DNA from: Candidatus Krumholzibacteriia bacterium
GTDB lineage: Bacteria > Krumholzibacteriota > Krumholzibacteriia > WVZY01 > JAKEHA01
Reading direction: 5' to 3'
Length of the DNA stretch: 41,213 nt
NCBI GenBank assembly: GCA_025923935.1
Contig: JAICFA010000002.1
Location: forward strand, 1 to 41,213
The notes under the pieces: generated by a model
Database searches by the model: none
Told to the model about the DNA's origin: nothing
What the model saw: the letters and a program-made list of their open reading frames with translations, nothing else
In this document: positions 37,823 to 41,213 of the stretch, piece after piece
How the letters are laid out: every line of letters begins with the position of its first letter
Position numbering within the stretch: the stretch's first letter is position 1
Program-made: the position numbers and the translations under genes

Positions 37823-39175
37823 TCAATCAGGGCTCGGTGACGTAACACTCCCGCGCCGATCAGGGACGACGCGCGCATACAAATCGAATACGTCGGTACC
37901 GCCGACGCGCGCGTCGACGAAATCCCCGACGCAGGCATCTCCGGATACGTACACTTCTCCGTCGATCTCGAGAGCTTGGCCGTAGAATCGGCCGGCGAAG
38001 CGCGGGCCCGCCCGGTCACCCGTCGCGCGGTCGACGAGCACACGCAGCACGCGATTGCGAAAACGTGCGCGCGCCGCAAAGGACGCCGCCTCTTGGATGG
38101 CAGCCAACTCGGTGGCTCGGTCGGCGATGAGTGCCGCGGGGACTGCACCGTCGAAGGATGCAGCCTTCGTGCCCGGTTCCGGAGAATACGGAAACACCCC
38201 CAAAGAATCAAACGCGAAATCCCGCACAAAGTCCTTCATTGCTTCGAACTCGTCCTCGGTTTCGCCGGGAAAGCCGACGATCATTTCGCTGCGAATGACG
38301 ACGTCGGGAAACGCGTCGCGAATCCCGCCGATCAGTCCTTCGACGTGCTCGCGCGTGTACGATCGCTGCATGGACGACAAGAGGCGCGTCGACGCGTGCT
38401 GCACCGGCATCTCCAAGTAGCGGCATACCTGCGGCGACTCGAAAATGCGCGCCACGTACTCCACGTCGAGACCCGCCGGGTGCACATAGAAGACTCGAAT
38501 CCAGGCTACACCGGTAGCGGCGATGCGCGCGATCAATTCGTGGAAGCGAGTGCCCGTTGGGTCGCGGTACGACACGATGTCCTGCGCGAGCAGGGTGACT
38601 TCCCGCACGCCGCGCGCCACCAGCCCATCGACTTCGCGCACGATGGAGTCGGCCGCGCGCGACTCCTGCCGCCCGCGAATCAGTGGAATCGCGCAGAAGG
38701 TGCACTTGCGATTGCACCCTTCCGCCACTTTTACGTAGGCGGTGTGTGCGGGCGTCAACAGCTCGCGGTCCTCGAAGGCGGCGAAGCGGCTTTCGCCGCC
38801 GCGCGGCACGGTGCGCACCAGCGGGGTCGACGCTTGCCACGCCGCCACCATCTCCGGCAGGCGCGCGTGCGCGCCGGTGGGAAGGAAATGGTCGACCCAC
38901 GGCAGCGACGACTCCAGATCCTCGCCGCGGTGCTTGGGCAAGCAGCCCATCAGGACCAGGCGCTTCGAGCCGTGCTTGAAGCGCGCCAGGCGCCGCGTCT
39001 CCTCCACCGTCTCCTGCCAAGCAGAATCCAAGAACGAGCACGCGTTCACCACCAGCACGTCGGCCGAGGCGGGGTCGCTCTCCGACTCGCAGCCGCCGCG
39101 GCGCAAGAGCGAGAGCGTTGCCTCCGAATCGACGAGGTTCTTCGGACAACCAAGTGTGACGAGATGGACTTTCAC
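37823..39175 (-). CDS. rimO: Ribosomal protein S12 methylthiotransferase RimO
   Basis: ORF 37823..39175 with GTG start. N-terminal MKVHLVTLGCPKN, radical-SAM cluster motif CNRKCTFC, C-terminal TRAM-like region. Confidence 0.9.
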   Translation of the reverse strand: MKVHLVTLGCPKNLVDSEATLSLLRRGGCESESDPASADVLVVNACSFLDSAWQETVEETRRLARFKHGSKRLVLMGCLPKHRGEDLESSLPWVDHFLPTGAHARLPEMVAAWQASTPLVRTVPRGGESRFAAFEDRELLTPAHTAYVKVAEGCNRKCTFCAIPLIRGRQESRAADSIVREVDGLVARGVREVTLLAQDIVSYRDPTGTRFHELIARIAATGVAWIRVFYVHPAGLDVEYVARIFESPQVCRYLEMPVQHASTRLLSSMQRSYTREHVEGLIGGIRDAFPDVVIRSEMIVGFPGETEDEFEAMKDFVRDFAFDSLGVFPYSPEPGTKAASFDGAVPAALIADRATELAAIQEAASFAARARFRNRVLRVLVDRATGDRAGPRFAGRFYGQALEIDGEVYVSGDACVGDFVDARVGGTDVFDLYARVVPDRRGSVTSPSPD

Positions 39176-39204
39176 AGCGGATATATAAGGATAACAGAAG
39201 CGGA

Positions 39205-41213
39205 CTATTCGGGCGAACGGGCGTCGAGGTAGACCTCGCGCGGCTTGGAGCCGTCGGGTGGGCCCACCACTCCCTGCTGCTCGAGCTGGTCGAGCAGGCG
39301 CGCCGCGCGCGAGTATCCGACGTGGAGCTTGCGCTGCAAGAGCGAGGTCGAACCCTGCTTGTAGCGCGTAACCACCCCCTTCGCCTCATCGAACAACGGG
39401 TCGAGCTCGCCGTCGAGAGAGGCCGCACCCGCGCGCGACTCCGCGAGCTCGAGCGTGGACTCTTCGAAGCGGTACGCCTTCCAGTGCGCGATTACCTGCT
39501 CGATTTCACCCTCGGAGACCCACGCGCCGTGCGCACGCACGGGCTGCGGGTGGTGCGCGTCCATGTACAGCATGTCGCCCTTGCCGAGGAGCTTGTCGGC
39601 GCCGATGGCGTCGATGATAGTACGCGAGTCCACTTTGGTTGCCACGCGAAACGCGATGCGCGTGGGAAAATTCGCTTTGGTTTTGCCCACGATCACGTCG
39701 ACCGAGGGACGCTGCGTCGCGAGCACCATGTGGATGCCGGCCGCACGCGCCATCTGCGCCAAGCGCGTCAAGAGCGACTCGATGTCGACTCCCTTGGCCA
39801 GCGCAAGGTCGCCCAATTCGTCGACCACCAGCACGATGTACGCGAGACGCTCGCGCGCGGGGTCGTCGCTTTTCTTTTCCACCTTCTCCAGGGCAATCTT
39901 GGCGTTGTAGCTGTCGATGTTGCGCACGCCTTCCCGTCGGAAGAGGTCGTTGCGTCGGCTCATCTCGCCCACCAGATACTCGAGCACGCGCGCGGCGTCC
40001 TTGGGGTCGGTGATGACGGGATGCATCAGGTGCGGAATACCGTTGTACTGCGACATCTCGACCATCTTGGGATCCACCAGGAGAAGCTGCACATCGGACG
40101 GACGGTAGTGAAGCAAGATACTGGTGAGAATGGTATTCAGGCACACGCTCTTGCCCGAGCCGGTGGTCCCCGCGATCAACAAGTGCGGTGCTTCGCACAG
40201 GTTCATGAGGAACGGCTGACCGACGACGTCGACGCCCAGCCCGATGGCAATGCCGCGGGTACGCTGCTTCTCGGTCACTTCGCTCAAGACTTCGGCGAGA
40301 TAGACGGTGCGCCCTTTCGGGTTGGGCATCTCGATGCCGACCGCGGCGCGACCGGGGATGGGTGCGATCATGCGCAGGCTGCGCGCGCGCATGGCAAGTG
40401 CCAAATCGTCGCTGCGGCTGACGATGTCTTTGATGCGCACACCCGGCGCGGGCTCGAACTCGAAGGTGGTCACCACCGGTCCGTGGTGCACCGCCGTTAC
40501 TTTCCCGTCGACGCCAAATTGGGTGAGCTTCTCTTCCAGCACCCCACTCCACGACTTGAGCTCGTCGCGGGTGAATCCGGAGCCGTCTTCTTGCGGGTGA
40601 ACGAGAATCGACATCGGCGGGAGCGACGCGTCCTCCACCGGAGTGGTGCGCTCGCCCCCGTCGCGCTTGGCGGCCGCCTTTTTCTCGCGCGGCTTGCTCT
40701 CCGCGGCACGCGGGCGCGAGATGGCGATCTCCGGCTCCGCGCGGCGCTTGCGTGCGGGCTCGGTCCACGGCTCCGATGCGCTCGCGGCCGCGGCCCTCGG
40801 TTCGGCGTCCGTGTCTTCGTCCATGTCTTCTTCGCTCGCTGAGGCGGTGGACTTGGCCACGGCAGTCTTCACGTAGTCCGTGGCCGCGTCGCGACGGCGC
40901 GCGAGTGCCGCGCGCGCCCCACCGGCGGCGCCGGACGCCTTCGCGGCCCCCGCCGCCACCATCGCCCCCACCCAGCGAGCGCGGTGCAGCTCTCCTAGCA
41001 CGATCAACAACAGTCCTGCGACCAACACGATGGCCGATCCCACTTCGCCGAACACGGCCACCAGCCCCGACGCCGTCCAATCGCCCAGCTGCCCGCGCAG
41101 CACCGTGGTATCGCGCGTGAGCGGCGATACCGCGAAGAATGCGTTGGCGATGATGGCGCCCAGCAGTCCCTTGACCGCGAGACGGCGCAGCGGTGTGTCG
41201 GCGTCGCGCGCCA
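39205..41213 (-). CDS. ftsK: DNA translocase FtsK/SpoIIIE, 5' end outside the window
   Basis: ORF 39205..41103. The same frame stays open with no stop to the window edge (...LAVKGLLGAIIANAFFAVSPLTRDTTVLRGQLGDW), so the TM domain continues upstream. Acidic/Ala-rich linker, Walker A GTTGSGKS, Walker B VVDELGDL, gamma domain LLQRKLHVGYSRAARLLDQLEQQGVVG. Confidence 0.92.
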   Translation of the reverse strand, partial: ARDADTPLRRLAVKGLLGAIIANAFFAVSPLTRDTTVLRGQLGDWTASGLVAVFGEVGSAIVLVAGLLLIVLGELHRARWVGAMVAAGAAKASGAAGGARAALARRRDAATDYVKTAVAKSTASASEEDMDEDTDAEPRAAAASASEPWTEPARKRRAEPEIAISRPRAAESKPREKKAAAKRDGGERTTPVEDASLPPMSILVHPQEDGSGFTRDELKSWSGVLEEKLTQFGVDGKVTAVHHGPVVTTFEFEPAPGVRIKDIVSRSDDLALAMRARSLRMIAPIPGRAAVGIEMPNPKGRTVYLAEVLSEVTEKQRTRGIAIGLGVDVVGQPFLMNLCEAPHLLIAGTTGSGKSVCLNTILTSILLHYRPSDVQLLLVDPKMVEMSQYNGIPHLMHPVITDPKDAARVLEYLVGEMSRRNDLFRREGVRNIDSYNAKIALEKVEKKSDDPARERLAYIVLVVDELGDLALAKGVDIESLLTRLAQMARAAGIHMVLATQRPSVDVIVGKTKANFPTRIAFRVATKVDSRTIIDAIGADKLLGKGDMLYMDAHHPQPVRAHGAWVSEGEIEQVIAHWKAYRFEESTLELAESRAGAASLDGELDPLFDEAKGVVTRYKQGSTSLLQRKLHVGYSRAARLLDQLEQQGVVGPPDGSKPREVYLDARSPE

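Overview
GC-rich 41.2-kb chromosomal core segment from an LPS-containing diderm. The lineage guess is an FCB-group organism such as Gemmatimonadota, inferred only from the LpxC-FabZ fusion plus bacillithiol genes and not verifiable here. I can support 36 protein-coding genes (33 on the minus strand), two strong intrinsic terminators and one programmed +1 frameshift (prfB). I saw no rRNA, tRNA, CRISPR array, transposase, integrase or dispersed repeat. Layout from left to right: (1) the 3' end of an AMMECR1 gene; (2) prkA-yeaH-spoVR stress triad (minus strand); (3) a divergent HIT gene; (4) a six-gene array nadB, SAM-methyltransferase, bshC, bshB, bshA, small unknown protein (bacillithiol synthesis); (5) a lone plus-strand lipoprotein gene with its own SD and terminator; (6) a nine-gene envelope array bamA-skp-lpxD-lpxC/fabZ-lpxA-Gfo/Idh/MocA-lpxB-DUF374-lpxK; (7) a 15-gene co-directional array ftsK-rimO-unknown-TPR lipoprotein-bamD-nadD-polA-coaE-prfB-lysS-lolC-lolD-mcsA-mcsB-clpC. 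The window is overwhelmingly housekeeping, and I find no defence island or mobile element. The parts most likely to hide undescribed biology are four. First, the translationally coupled unknown protein plus TPR lipoprotein plus BamD trio. Second, a Firmicute-style McsA/McsB/ClpC phospho-arginine module in a diderm, fused to the lolCD operon with no ctsR. Third, a methyltransferase and a small unknown protein embedded in the bacillithiol operon. Fourth, two non-canonical genes (GnnA-like oxidoreductase, DUF374/LpxJ-like acyltransferase) inside the lipid A cluster. All family assignments come from motif and sequence recognition by eye. No database search was run.
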